Positions 1-8,091 of a stretch of 64,000 nt of DNA are shown piece after piece. Below the pieces are notes generated by a model. It saw nothing but the letters and a program-made list of their open reading frames with translations, was not told the origin of the DNA and did no database searches. How positions within the stretch are numbered: position 1 is the first letter of the stretch; the number at the start of each line of letters is the position of its first letter. Source of the stretch: a virus; IMG/VR virus record IMGVR_UViG_3300045988_096313, positions 32,001 through 96,000 of that record. The stretch is one strand, 5' to 3'. Both the position numbers and the translations under genes were made by a program.

Positions 1-10
1 CACAATTGTT

Positions 11-265
11 ATGAAGATGATTACCGACAAGCAGAAGAAGTTCATCAATGATATTAAAGGTGTTATCACAGAAAATGGCATAAATGTTATTGATGCATTG
101 GACTTGAATAAGTTTACTTGTTATGATGCGTCTAAGCTTATTAGTGGCTTGCTTGGTCTTAGAGATTGCTACAAGGCGATTACAAGAGGTGCATGTGTAA
201 CTAGTACAGCGTATTGCGATGAGGCTTTAGATAACGTCTTTGATACAATTGAAAAGTACAAATAA
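11..265 (+). CDS. hypothetical protein (84 aa)
   Basis: Intact ORF heading a same-strand array. N-terminal ITDKQKKFI resembles MTDKQRKYI at the start of the 44580..44828 product. Confidence 0.5.
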   Translation: MKMITDKQKKFINDIKGVITENGINVIDALDLNKFTCYDASKLISGLLGLRDCYKAITRGACVTSTAYCDEALDNVFDTIEKYK

Positions 266-272
266 CATAAAA

Positions 273-295
273 GGTGAGACACACCCAAAAAACTG
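273..295 (+). promoter_or_regulatory. conserved hairpin-box copy 1 (GGTG-AGACA-CACC + CAAAAAACTG)
   Basis: 4-bp stem and 5-nt loop at 273..285, followed by an A-rich ACTG tail. It ends 9 nt before the ATG at 305. Confidence 0.6.
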
Positions 296-304
296 TCTAA
301 GAGA

Positions 305-490
305 ATGAATAGCAAAGAATTAGTAAGAAATATGATAGCTTTCTTAAACGAGCGTCACGATATGGATTGCGCTACTTTGCGCCAGCGTTTCGCAGTATGC
401 TATGGCATGAGTGAAGACGAGGCTAAGAAAGTTATTTTGGATTTGACTATGCTTCAGATTTTTGCAGAAAATTTTGGTGTTGAAATTTAA
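305..490 (+). CDS. hypothetical protein (61 aa)
   Basis: ORF starting 9 nt after hairpin-box copy 1. Confidence 0.5.
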   Translation: MNSKELVRNMIAFLNERHDMDCATLRQRFAVCYGMSEDEAKKVILDLTMLQIFAENFGVEI

Positions 491-501
491 AACTTAGAAT
501 T

Positions 502-972
502 ATGGATAAGAATACAGCATATCAAGTAATAAGCCAATTTAAGGAAAATAATTGCAAGAGCGGAGCTTTGGCTAACGCTTTGGATGAAGCTTTGAAAGCT
601 TTGAAGCCAGTGGCTACAAATAACGTTTACGTTATCAAGTTGGCTATATTGGGGACTACGTTATCTACGTTATGGATAGAAACATCTAACGATAAGAAAA
701 GGATGCAAGCACATATTGCAGAATGGAGAAGTAAGATAGTAGAGCGATGCAAAGATGATAATAGCTCTTTCGAGTTTGATTTTCAACATGGGAGTCCTTA
801 TAATTTCACGGCAAACAAAAAGAATTGCAATGAGTTGCCTTTTTACTTTGATGGCAAACATTATTGCTTTACGATATTAAAGGGTTATAAAAGTCTTAAA
901 AGCAAATATGAGCAGAGTATCGAGCACGATATGGATGCCGTTCAAGATATGATGTCTTATTTAAATTTATAG
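502..972 (+). CDS. hypothetical protein (156 aa)
   Basis: Intact ORF in a tightly packed same-strand array. Confidence 0.55.
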   Translation: MDKNTAYQVISQFKENNCKSGALANALDEALKALKPVATNNVYVIKLAILGTTLSTLWIETSNDKKRMQAHIAEWRSKIVERCKDDNSSFEFDFQHGSPYNFTANKKNCNELPFYFDGKHYCFTILKGYKSLKSKYEQSIEHDMDAVQDMMSYLNL

Positions 973-975
973 AGC

Positions 976-1242
976 ATGAGGTTATACGAGGTAGGCTGCA
1001 TCGTCAAAGAGGTGCAGCCAAAGAATGGAGAAAAGATTTCTCTAGAGGAGGCTCAGGCTTTGGTTGATGGATATGTTGAGCTGGTTCATCTTGAAGATGA
1101 TAATATATTGTTATGTGATGAAGAAGGACTTCTCAAACATAAACCTATAAATACTTTGGCTACAATACAAGCGAAGGGGCTTGGCTGGAAAGGTAGTTAT
1201 TTGGTTGGAAGCGTGTTATTTTTAAAGGATAAGGAGTTTTAA
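976..1242 (+). CDS. hypothetical protein (88 aa)
   Basis: Intact ORF 3 nt after the previous stop. Confidence 0.5.
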   Translation: MRLYEVGCIVKEVQPKNGEKISLEEAQALVDGYVELVHLEDDNILLCDEEGLLKHKPINTLATIQAKGLGWKGSYLVGSVLFLKDKEF

Positions 1243-1246
1243 ATAT

Positions 1247-1585
1247 ATGAGTAAGGCAAGAAAGAATGATGTGAATAAGGATATACCCGAAGAGCGAATA
1301 ACTCTTAGGGTATTGAAGAATTATTCCAAGATGCAAGAAGAGTTGTGTCGTCTTCGTAAGAAAACACGTGAACAAGGCTACAGACTTAATGAACTCAACA
1401 ATCAGCTACAGAGGCTTCACTCGAAAGAAGTTAGATGTGAGTTAGAGAAGTACAGAAAGTTACTCTTAGAGCGTGATGAGTTATGTGAAAAGAATAAGGC
1501 TTTGGAGCAGGTGGTAAAGCAATACGAAGGATTAAAAAAGTTTTTTACCAATGAGTTGAACGAAAAATTGGAGGGCAAAGAATGA
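1247..1585 (+). CDS. coiled-coil protein (112 aa)
   Basis: Heptad-like charged sequence (ELCRLRKKTREQ..LERDELCEKNKALEQ). Overlaps the next gene by 4 nt (ATGA). Confidence 0.5.
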   Translation: MSKARKNDVNKDIPEERITLRVLKNYSKMQEELCRLRKKTREQGYRLNELNNQLQRLHSKEVRCELEKYRKLLLERDELCEKNKALEQVVKQYEGLKKFFTNELNEKLEGKE

Positions 1586-2307
1586 TTATCGGTTCTATGA
1601 CAGGGCGTGAACTCTTTGAGATATTCAAGAAGGATAAGTCTATGCTAGAAAAGTTTGCTATCGAAAAAGCAAAGAAACTCATCCGTGAGCTTCGTAAAGG
1701 AATGGGGCAATGCACTACTCAGTGTTATGATTTCAAGACGAAAGATGCTACCGAGTACAAAGTATGCGTGTATGTAAATAGAGGGAACATCAGACAATTC
1801 TATTTCGATATGTTTATCTATTGCAAGGAGACGAATGACTATGTATGTGCTACTTCCTTGTTGGACGAAGAGAATAGCGCAGAGCAGTTCAGTTATACGC
1901 CCCATTTCTTACGAAGATATGCCGAGCGAGCATTGGGAATAGAGAATATGCCAATTAATAGGGTATTAGCTCATATAGAAAGAGAAGTGGCTTGTACGGT
2001 GCTTATTTATAAGAATGATACAAGCAAGGTTGTAGCTACGAGTATGGGGCTTTATCTGCAAAAGATTGACTATAAGCGAGGTATTAATATCTGCAAGACT
2101 TTTGTGAGCGTAGATATGCTTAAATCTTCCAAAATTAAAGCATATATGGTAGTTGCCGACTTAATTAAAGAATATTCTGAACGATACACTAAAGTTCAAA
2201 GGAATGATAATGTACAGGTAGATTTCGCTAATGATTGTTTGAGTAGAGGTATTACTGAAAAAGATTTGGTTAATGCCTATGGTGAATATTTCAAGAACAA
2301 AAAATAA
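1582..2307 (+). CDS. hypothetical protein (241 aa)
   Basis: Long intact ORF, translationally coupled to the upstream gene. Confidence 0.55.
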   Translation: MIIGSMTGRELFEIFKKDKSMLEKFAIEKAKKLIRELRKGMGQCTTQCYDFKTKDATEYKVCVYVNRGNIRQFYFDMFIYCKETNDYVCATSLLDEENSAEQFSYTPHFLRRYAERALGIENMPINRVLAHIEREVACTVLIYKNDTSKVVATSMGLYLQKIDYKRGINICKTFVSVDMLKSSKIKAYMVVADLIKEYSERYTKVQRNDNVQVDFANDCLSRGITEKDLVNAYGEYFKNKK

Positions 2308-2322
2308 AAGAAAGGGGTTTGT

Positions 2323-3321
2323 ATGGAGAGAATGACAAGAAATGATGCCGCTGCTTATTTAGGTGTTGACCCTCAGACGATTACAAACTGGGTTAACAAG
2401 GGTTTGCTTGGAGGCTACAATGATAAGAGTAGTAAACGCTTTTGGGTGAATGCAGATGATGTTAAGAAGTATTCCGAGAAGTACAAGATGTTGTCTGTTT
2501 CAGAAGACTTGCTTGATAAAGAACAGAAAGAGTTGTTGGCAAGTGAGCGCAAGGTAAATGCGAAGATACAAATGTTAATGCATGATGCCTTGAACGTTTC
2601 TTCTTTCAGCTATGACAAAATAGGTGGTTCGCTTTGTACGTTATTGGAGTTAACGTCACAAGGTGGAATGCGAGAGAAGAAGATTATGCAAGCATTTTTT
2701 AATGGGGAAAGAATTTGTAATATAGCCGAAGAATTTGAACTTTCAAGGGAGAGGGTGCGCCAGATTGTCATTAAGGCTATCAGAAAGTTTAACTATGCGA
2801 TTGAAGAACTTGCTGACTTGAAGCAGGAGAACAATTCCTTGAAAGAAGAAATTAAGAATGTAAAAATGCAGTTGATTATGCAAGAGGGTGAAAAAGAAGA
2901 AGAACATTCTGAAGATGTTCCCCCTTCTGTGTTCTCCATCCGATTAGTTAATTGTAATTTACCAGTACGTGTCCTTAATGTGACAAAGGCAGCCAATATA
3001 GATACTATTGGAGATTTGGTACAATATTCCAAGTTCGAAATGGTAAAATTCAGAAACTTCGGAAAGAAAAGCCTTATGCAATTGGATGAATTCATTCACG
3101 AAATGGGCTTGGAATGGGGAATGGATAAGGCTAAGATATACGCAAGAGGTATTCAGCGAATGAAGGATGACACTTACATTGAAGAACTTTTTGGGATACA
3201 TCTTGCGGACATAACAAGCGATATTGAGAAAAAGTATAATCTTTCTCCGGCTGAGGCTATGAAGAGAGCTTATAGTGAAATGAAGAGATATGTAGGATTT
3301 AAAGAGAAGAGCAATGAATGA
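2323..3321 (+). CDS. putative transcription factor: N-terminal MerR/excisionase-like HTH, sigma-70 region-4-like segment and RNAP alpha-CTD-like C-terminus
   Basis: AAAYLGVDPQTITNWVNKGLL looks like an HTH. EFELSRERVRQIVIKAIRKF resembles sigma region 4.2. LPVRVLNVTKAANIDTIGDLVQYSKFEMVKFRNFGKKSLMQLDEFIHEMGL resembles the alpha-CTD helix-hairpin-helix pattern. Confidence 0.6.
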   Translation: MERMTRNDAAAYLGVDPQTITNWVNKGLLGGYNDKSSKRFWVNADDVKKYSEKYKMLSVSEDLLDKEQKELLASERKVNAKIQMLMHDALNVSSFSYDKIGGSLCTLLELTSQGGMREKKIMQAFFNGERICNIAEEFELSRERVRQIVIKAIRKFNYAIEELADLKQENNSLKEEIKNVKMQLIMQEGEKEEEHSEDVPPSVFSIRLVNCNLPVRVLNVTKAANIDTIGDLVQYSKFEMVKFRNFGKKSLMQLDEFIHEMGLEWGMDKAKIYARGIQRMKDDTYIEELFGIHLADITSDIEKKYNLSPAEAMKRAYSEMKRYVGFKEKSNE

Positions 3322-3589
3322 AGTATATAACGATGTTTTAGGTAAGGTATTAAACATTAAATCAAACAATAATATTGCCGTTAAAGTTGAACAAGGAGCA
3401 TTAGAAGTTAATCTGAAACAATGCAGTGTAAAGCGAATTATGTGGTTCTCTGTCTTCTTGGTTGATGGGTTTACTATGCGACCATGTAGCTATACTTTCT
3501 ATTCCTCTATGAGTGATGACGAGTTGGATGATACCTTTACACAAGTAGAAGACAGATTGAACTTTCTGAAAAACTTAAATTCTAAATGA
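3314..3589 (+). CDS. hypothetical protein (91 aa)
   Basis: ORF overlapping the upstream stop by 8 nt. Confidence 0.45.
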   Translation: MNEVYNDVLGKVLNIKSNNNIAVKVEQGALEVNLKQCSVKRIMWFSVFLVDGFTMRPCSYTFYSSMSDDELDDTFTQVEDRLNFLKNLNSK

Positions 3590-3590
3590 T

Positions 3591-4019
3591 ATGACGGAAC
3601 AAGAAAGAAGAGTTGTAAACCATGCAATGAAAATTTTGGAACAAAGCCAAGATGATGAGGCTAGAGTTCTGGCGGTCAGATTATTGGAGCGAGGAACAAA
3701 AGTTCCTCTTCAAAAAGTTCAGCATTATGCAGCATATTGCAAAGGCTTACGTGATGGGTATTCAAGAATATTCGACCTTATACAAGGTGGTGGGTGGCTT
3801 GCGAAAGTTAGCAAGAAGGATATGACGTACTTCGAAGCAGAGAAGAATCTTGTAGAGAGTTGTATAGATGCTTGTTATGATTATCAAATGGGTAAGTATG
3901 ATATTAGGTACAAAGATAAAGTGTTATCTAAGAGTGGTAAGCTATTGTCTTGCAAGGCAGTTTTTGTGAAACAAACGATTGCAGGTGTTGAGGTTCGTTA
4001 CAACAAAGATAAAGAATGA
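3591..4019 (+). CDS. hypothetical protein (142 aa)
   Basis: Intact ORF, last gene of the leftmost plus-strand array. Confidence 0.5.
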   Translation: MTEQERRVVNHAMKILEQSQDDEARVLAVRLLERGTKVPLQKVQHYAAYCKGLRDGYSRIFDLIQGGGWLAKVSKKDMTYFEAEKNLVESCIDACYDYQMGKYDIRYKDKVLSKSGKLLSCKAVFVKQTIAGVEVRYNKDKE

Positions 4020-4022
4020 TTG

Positions 4023-4039
4023 CACAATATAAATAAGTG
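4023..4039 (+). promoter_or_regulatory. CAC-N11-GTG dyad (CACAATATAAATAAGTG), candidate activator site
   Basis: Its first C lies exactly 61 nt upstream of the first T of the -7 box at 4084. The dyads at 9531 and 11087 have the same spacing. Confidence 0.5.
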
Positions 4040-4083
4040 AAGTTGCAAGCCTTTGATATTTAGGTACTCCCAAGGTTATTTCG

Positions 4084-4091
4084 TATCTTTG
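4084..4091 (+). promoter_or_regulatory. Bacteroidota-type -7 promoter box TATCTTTG
   Basis: Matches TAnnTTTG. Lies 24 nt upstream of the ATG at 4115. Confidence 0.6.
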
Positions 4092-4114
4092 CAAATAAAA
4101 AAGGAGATTTATAT

Positions 4115-4756
4115 ATGGCAGATAGAGGATATAGAGGCAGACCTCAACGAGGCGAAAGAGCAGATAGGCAAATCAATGCCGGACATAGCCGTGGGTTGGA
4201 TGCGGCTTTGTCCGACACTGAAGCTAAAATTAGAAAGCTAAAGACAGAACGTATTTATGCTTATGACCAAAATGGAAAAGAGATAAGCCATTCCACAAGA
4301 GGTACTTCTACAAGTACGAAATTGCCAAGTGGCTATAATTACAAAGATGCAATATTGACGCATAACCACCCAGGAGAAGGGTTGGATAGCAATATTGCAG
4401 GTAGGATAGGAAGAAGCTTTAGTAGTGCAGATATTGCTACTACGGTCATAAATAACGCATCAGAGATAAGAGCTATCACAGGCTCTTATACATACTCTAT
4501 GAAAAGACCGAAGAATGGTTGGGGAATAAGTACGCAACGTCAAGCCGTGAATGTTGCAAGAAAAATAAAGGATAGGCGTATGAAATATTTTAATTCATAT
4601 GTCGCTAAACCAAGTTCCGATTACACTCACGGAAGAATAAGTAGAGAGCAGTTGTCAATTGCTTGGGACAGAGCTGATGTAGTTAGTACTAATAAAGCTC
4701 TTCGTGAAGTCGCAAAGGAATTAGGTTGGAATTATACTCGCAAGCGTACAAGTTAA
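4115..4756 (+). CDS. hypothetical protein with JAB/MPN (RadC-type) like motif
   Basis: THNHPGEG..(15 aa)..SFSSADI fits the HxH...S..D JAMM pattern. The N-terminus is Arg-rich. It has its own promoter. Confidence 0.4.
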   Translation: MADRGYRGRPQRGERADRQINAGHSRGLDAALSDTEAKIRKLKTERIYAYDQNGKEISHSTRGTSTSTKLPSGYNYKDAILTHNHPGEGLDSNIAGRIGRSFSSADIATTVINNASEIRAITGSYTYSMKRPKNGWGISTQRQAVNVARKIKDRRMKYFNSYVAKPSSDYTHGRISREQLSIAWDRADVVSTNKALREVAKELGWNYTRKRTS

Positions 4757-4782
4757 GGCATATATTCAAAGGATGGGTAGTA

Positions 4783-5226
4783 TTACCCCTCCTCATGTGG
4801 AAAGAACTTTCCCATCATCGCAAGCGCAGTAGTACATTTTTCAAATTGTTTTTGGAATCCGTACTTCTTGGCTCTCGATTGGTTGTGATGCAGGTCATTG
4901 ATTTTGACTTGGATTGCAACCATATCTTTTGAGTCGATGATAGATTGTACGTAGTCGAAATACGGAACACCTTCCTTGTGGGTTAGGACACATACACTAT
5001 CGGCAATGTCTTTTCTAACACCTAGTGATAACAGCTTGTCGTAGGTCATATCCGTATCTTCTATCGTATCATGGAGAAATCCAACACAAATCTCTTCGGT
5101 ACTATTACCCATTTCTCCTACATGGATAGGATGCAATATCACCGGAAGTCCAACCTTATCAATCTGTCCTTTGTGCGCCTTGCAAGCGATACCGAGGCAC
5201 AATTCAATCATTTCAGAATCTTTCAT
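4783..5226 (-). CDS. HD-domain small alarmone ((p)ppGpp/ppApp) hydrolase-like protein
   Basis: AHKGQIDKVGLPVILHPIHV...FLHDTIEDT...VKINDLHHN matches the RelA/SpoT HD hydrolase (Mesh1/SAH) signature. Confidence 0.75.
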   Translation of the reverse strand: MKDSEMIELCLGIACKAHKGQIDKVGLPVILHPIHVGEMGNSTEEICVGFLHDTIEDTDMTYDKLLSLGVRKDIADSVCVLTHKEGVPYFDYVQSIIDSKDMVAIQVKINDLHHNQSRAKKYGFQKQFEKCTTALAMMGKFFPHEEG

Positions 5227-5452
5227 ATTCTTCTTTCGTTATTAGCTCACCTAACTCAAGAGCATCTTGTGCATAGGTGTTTTCATTAAACTTAAACTCC
5301 TTTGGCTTACGTCCTTTGCCTTTAGGGTAACACATAAGTTCTTTATTTACATATTGATAACGGACAACGATGTCATCCTCCCAATAGTAAACATAAACCG
5401 ACTCTCCGTTTTTAAGGAGGTGGCTGATTTTGTTCTTATCTTTATTGTTCAT
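5213..5452 (-). CDS. hypothetical protein (79 aa)
   Basis: Start moved to ATG 5452, because the ORF-track start at 5479 lies inside the -7 box at 5477..5484. Overlaps the hydrolase gene by 14 nt. Confidence 0.5.
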   Translation of the reverse strand: MNNKDKNKISHLLKNGESVYVYYWEDDIVVRYQYVNKELMCYPKGKGRKPKEFKFNENTYAQDALELGELITKEEYERF

Positions 5453-5476
5453 AGTCTTTATCTCCTTATTACAATG

Positions 5477-5484
5477 CAAAGATA
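5477..5484 (-). promoter_or_regulatory. -7 promoter box (TATCTTTG on minus strand)
   Basis: The plus strand reads CAAAGATA. Lies 25 nt upstream of ATG 5452. Confidence 0.55.
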
Positions 5485-5546
5485 TAAAAAAGATATTAAA
5501 CTTGCAAATAAATTAATGTTTATTACTTGAAATTTAAATATATTAA

Positions 5547-6176
5547 TTATTGAAACATTGCATAGTAAGCTTGTTGCATAGATACCGACCTTTGCTTCTT
5601 GCCTCCGTTACTCTTGGCGGTTCTACTTTGCTCGTATAACGCATGTCCCCAACCGGATGGTTTCTTGGTCTCTTTATAGATTTCTCGCATGGTCTTTCCA
5701 CCCAACAGCTTATAGGCTATCGAGTAATTCTCCTTGGCGTAAATCATCTTGGCAGTGTTAACTTGTATCTCACCAATAAGTCCGGTCTTCTTGTTCCGAA
5801 TATTGATGATGTTTCCTGAATAGCCAGTATCCAGTTTCTGTTCCTTGAGTCTTACGAACTCAAAGCCTTTGTATTTGCCTTTTAGGTCTTTTATGATTTT
5901 CGGAATCGAGCCCTTATCTGCGATGATGGTTGTTCTGTACGAGTCCTTTATGTCTTTAATACCATTAGCCTCGCCCTTAGCTTTTCGTACTATAGAGTCA
6001 ACACTCTTGTAATTGATAGGAGTAACCCTTGCTCCATACTTCTTAGCTATACCTTCCGCTATAGCTTGTAGCTTATTACCAACCGACTCGGCTTTTCTCC
6101 GCATAGAGGTAGCTTGTGCTCGCAGCCTAGCATATGCCCCATTATTACCTACGTCTCCCATATCTTTTTTGTGCAA
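5547..6176 (-). CDS. RelA/SpoT-like nucleotidyltransferase (small alarmone synthetase / toxSAS-like)
   Basis: YKSVDSIVRKAK, IKDSYRTTII, TGYSGNIINI and GEIQVNTAKMIYAKE align with the RVKS..S, D..G.R.I, GY.S.H and EIQ.RT..M..WAE motifs. The start is ambiguous: TTG at 6176 or ATG at 6161. Confidence 0.65.
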   Translation of the reverse strand: MHKKDMGDVGNNGAYARLRAQATSMRRKAESVGNKLQAIAEGIAKKYGARVTPINYKSVDSIVRKAKGEANGIKDIKDSYRTTIIADKGSIPKIIKDLKGKYKGFEFVRLKEQKLDTGYSGNIINIRNKKTGLIGEIQVNTAKMIYAKENYSIAYKLLGGKTMREIYKETKKPSGWGHALYEQSRTAKSNGGKKQRSVSMQQAYYAMFQ

Positions 6177-6251
6177 AAGTAACCAAAATATAAGCCAATT
6201 AATATGTTACTGCGGTATGTTATTTCACTAAAAAGACAAAGTGAAAAGACA

Positions 6252-6259
6252 CAAAGATA
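6252..6259 (-). promoter_or_regulatory. -7 promoter box (TATCTTTG on minus strand)
   Basis: The plus strand reads CAAAGATA. Divergent from the plus-strand box at 6288. Confidence 0.5.
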
Positions 6260-6287
6260 AACATTTCTCTTAAACAATTATTATTCA

Positions 6288-6295
6288 TACCTTTG
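6288..6295 (+). promoter_or_regulatory. -7 promoter box TACCTTTG
   Basis: Matches TAnnTTTG. Lies 23 nt upstream of ATG 6318. Confidence 0.55.
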
Positions 6296-6317
6296 CAAGA
6301 AACAATGAGTTGATAAG

Positions 6318-7124
6318 ATGACGAAACCAAGAGATTATTTCACAGGTAAGCAAGAAGAGTTCAAACGCTCCGAAGTGCAGATAGCACCATATAATCCAAG
6401 GAGGATTTCACCGCAGCAGAAAGCTACATTGAAACGTTCCATAAGAAAATATGGCGTTGTTGGTGGTATAACCGTCAATAAGCAAACAATGACCATCGTA
6501 GGCGGCAACCAAAAAGTAACCATCGTGGATGAGATTATGGGCTATCCCGAAAAGGATTATACTCTTTTGGCTGAGGCTGTAAATATGGATTACAAGACCG
6601 AAGTTGAACTGAATTTCATGCTTAATTCCGAGAATGCTCATGGAGAATGGGATGACATGAAAGTCCGTGAATTACTGCCGGACATAAACTATATGGATGC
6701 TGGATTAACGGAAGAAGACCTATCCTTGTTTGGATATGATGCAATGGTAAAGACTGAAGGCGAAGATGAGTTAGGTAAAGAACTCAATTCCTTACTAGAC
6801 CCATTTGCCCAAGAAAGCGAAAACAGAAAAGTGCCAGCACCAAAGGAAGTGCAAGAAGAGCAGAGACGACAGATAGAACAGAACCAAGTCATAGCCAATC
6901 AGCAACAGGAGGCTCAATACCAAGCGAATAAGGAACGTATGCAACAGGTAAAGAAAGAAGTAAATACCAAGGCAGCAGAAAAAGCATTGGAAGCCGAGTC
7001 TTACGTCATGCTATCCTTTGATAACATCGAGAACAAGGAACGATTTATGAGCACCTTTGGCTTTATTGAAACCGATAAGGTGATAAAGGGAGAAATGCTT
7101 ATGAAGGTTGCTAAACGCATATAA
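6318..7124 (+). CDS. ParB/Srx-fold N-terminal domain-like protein with acidic/Gln-rich C-terminus
   Basis: IAPYNPRRISPQQKATLKRSIRKYGVVGGITVN...IVGGNQ resembles the ParB-like nuclease domain. The canonical GxxR motif is not conserved. Confidence 0.5.
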   Translation: MTKPRDYFTGKQEEFKRSEVQIAPYNPRRISPQQKATLKRSIRKYGVVGGITVNKQTMTIVGGNQKVTIVDEIMGYPEKDYTLLAEAVNMDYKTEVELNFMLNSENAHGEWDDMKVRELLPDINYMDAGLTEEDLSLFGYDAMVKTEGEDELGKELNSLLDPFAQESENRKVPAPKEVQEEQRRQIEQNQVIANQQQEAQYQANKERMQQVKKEVNTKAAEKALEAESYVMLSFDNIENKERFMSTFGFIETDKVIKGEMLMKVAKRI

Positions 7125-7135
7125 ACAAAAACAAA

Positions 7136-7327
7136 ATGAAAGCAATGAAAAAGATTATAAGATTCACGTTAGGGTTTATAATGGCGGCAATAACAATAGG
7201 TATGCTCATTCCCTTTATGATTGCTTCTATGTTTCTTGGCAAGAGGAGAAAGAACGCATTCAATATGTGGGTGTCGTGTTTCTTTACTCCTTTGATAAAC
7301 AAGGTAGGGCAATTGGTCAACTCATAA
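7136..7327 (+). CDS. small membrane protein (63 aa)
   Basis: Hydrophobic stretch FTLGFIMAAITIGMLIPFMIASMFL. Confidence 0.45.
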   Translation: MKAMKKIIRFTLGFIMAAITIGMLIPFMIASMFLGKRRKNAFNMWVSCFFTPLINKVGQLVNS

Positions 7328-7340
7328 ATATCGAAAGATT

Positions 7341-7466
7341 ATGAAGACAAACAGGAAAAGATTAATGAAGATTGCGAACTTGGCTATAGCTATGGTATTG
7401 GCAATACCGATGTTCATTCTAGCCGTTCCTTTCTATATATATAACAAGATTAGAGGCAAGGTATAA
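7341..7466 (+). CDS. small membrane protein (41 aa)
   Basis: Hand-translated as MKTNRKRLMKIANLAIAMVLAIPMFILAVPFYIYNKIRGKV. Below the ORF-track size cutoff. Confidence 0.35.
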   Translation: MKTNRKRLMKIANLAIAMVLAIPMFILAVPFYIYNKIRGKV

Positions 7467-7512
7467 ATCCCATCTGCCCAATATATAGCGAAACAATAAT
7501 AAATACAAGAAA

Positions 7513-8091
7513 ATGGCAAAACCGAAATTTGATTACAATGGCGATGCTTTCTACGATGAGATAGAACAGCTTGCAAAGCAAGGTCAGAAGGATTCTGAAA
7601 TTGCTTACGCCCTTGGTTTGAAGTTTGGGGTTGACCTAAATCCACAGGTCTTCAACCGAATGAAAAACGGAAAATATGAGAATTGGAATGAAGACGAAAA
7701 TGCGGAAAGAGGCGAAAGAATAACTCAATCCCTCGTGCGTGGCAGAGAGTTTATTAATGCAATAGTGCGTGGTAGATACCTTAAATGTGCCCTTGGCGGT
7801 GTAAAAGTAAAAGGAAAGACGACTACCAAAAGACACATGGTTGTAGATGGAGTTATGACGGATGATATAGTAGTAGAAACTAGAGAAACAGAACAGGAAA
7901 CCCCACCTAACATACAAGCTCTTTCTACTTGGTTATTCCATTATGATATGACTTGGAGAGAGATACAGAGAGGTAAAAAGGATGAAGAGGAAAAGGGCAT
8001 TCCTTTTGACCCTAAGAAAGGTATATCCGTCAACAAGTGGATTGAAAGAGAGATTGAGCAGGAAGCAGAAGAGCAAGAGGAGGATGAATAA
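7513..8091 (+). CDS. terS: terminase small subunit (putative)
   Basis: Lies directly upstream of terL and overlaps it. N-terminal HTH-like segment QKDSEIAYALGL and an acidic C-terminus. Confidence 0.55.
   Translation: MAKPKFDYNGDAFYDEIEQLAKQGQKDSEIAYALGLKFGVDLNPQVFNRMKNGKYENWNEDENAERGERITQSLVRGREFINAIVRGRYLKCALGGVKVKGKTTTKRHMVVDGVMTDDIVVETRETEQETPPNIQALSTWLFHYDMTWREIQRGKKDEEEKGIPFDPKKGISVNKWIEREIEQEAEEQEEDE

Noticed and set aside
5547-6176. Alternative reading of the RelA/SpoT-like protein as a minor head (MuF/gp7-like) protein, given its position near the packaging genes.
   Set aside because: The four ordered RSH synthetase-like motifs, together with an adjacent bona fide HD alarmone hydrolase, fit the synthetase interpretation better. 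Profile searches should confirm it.
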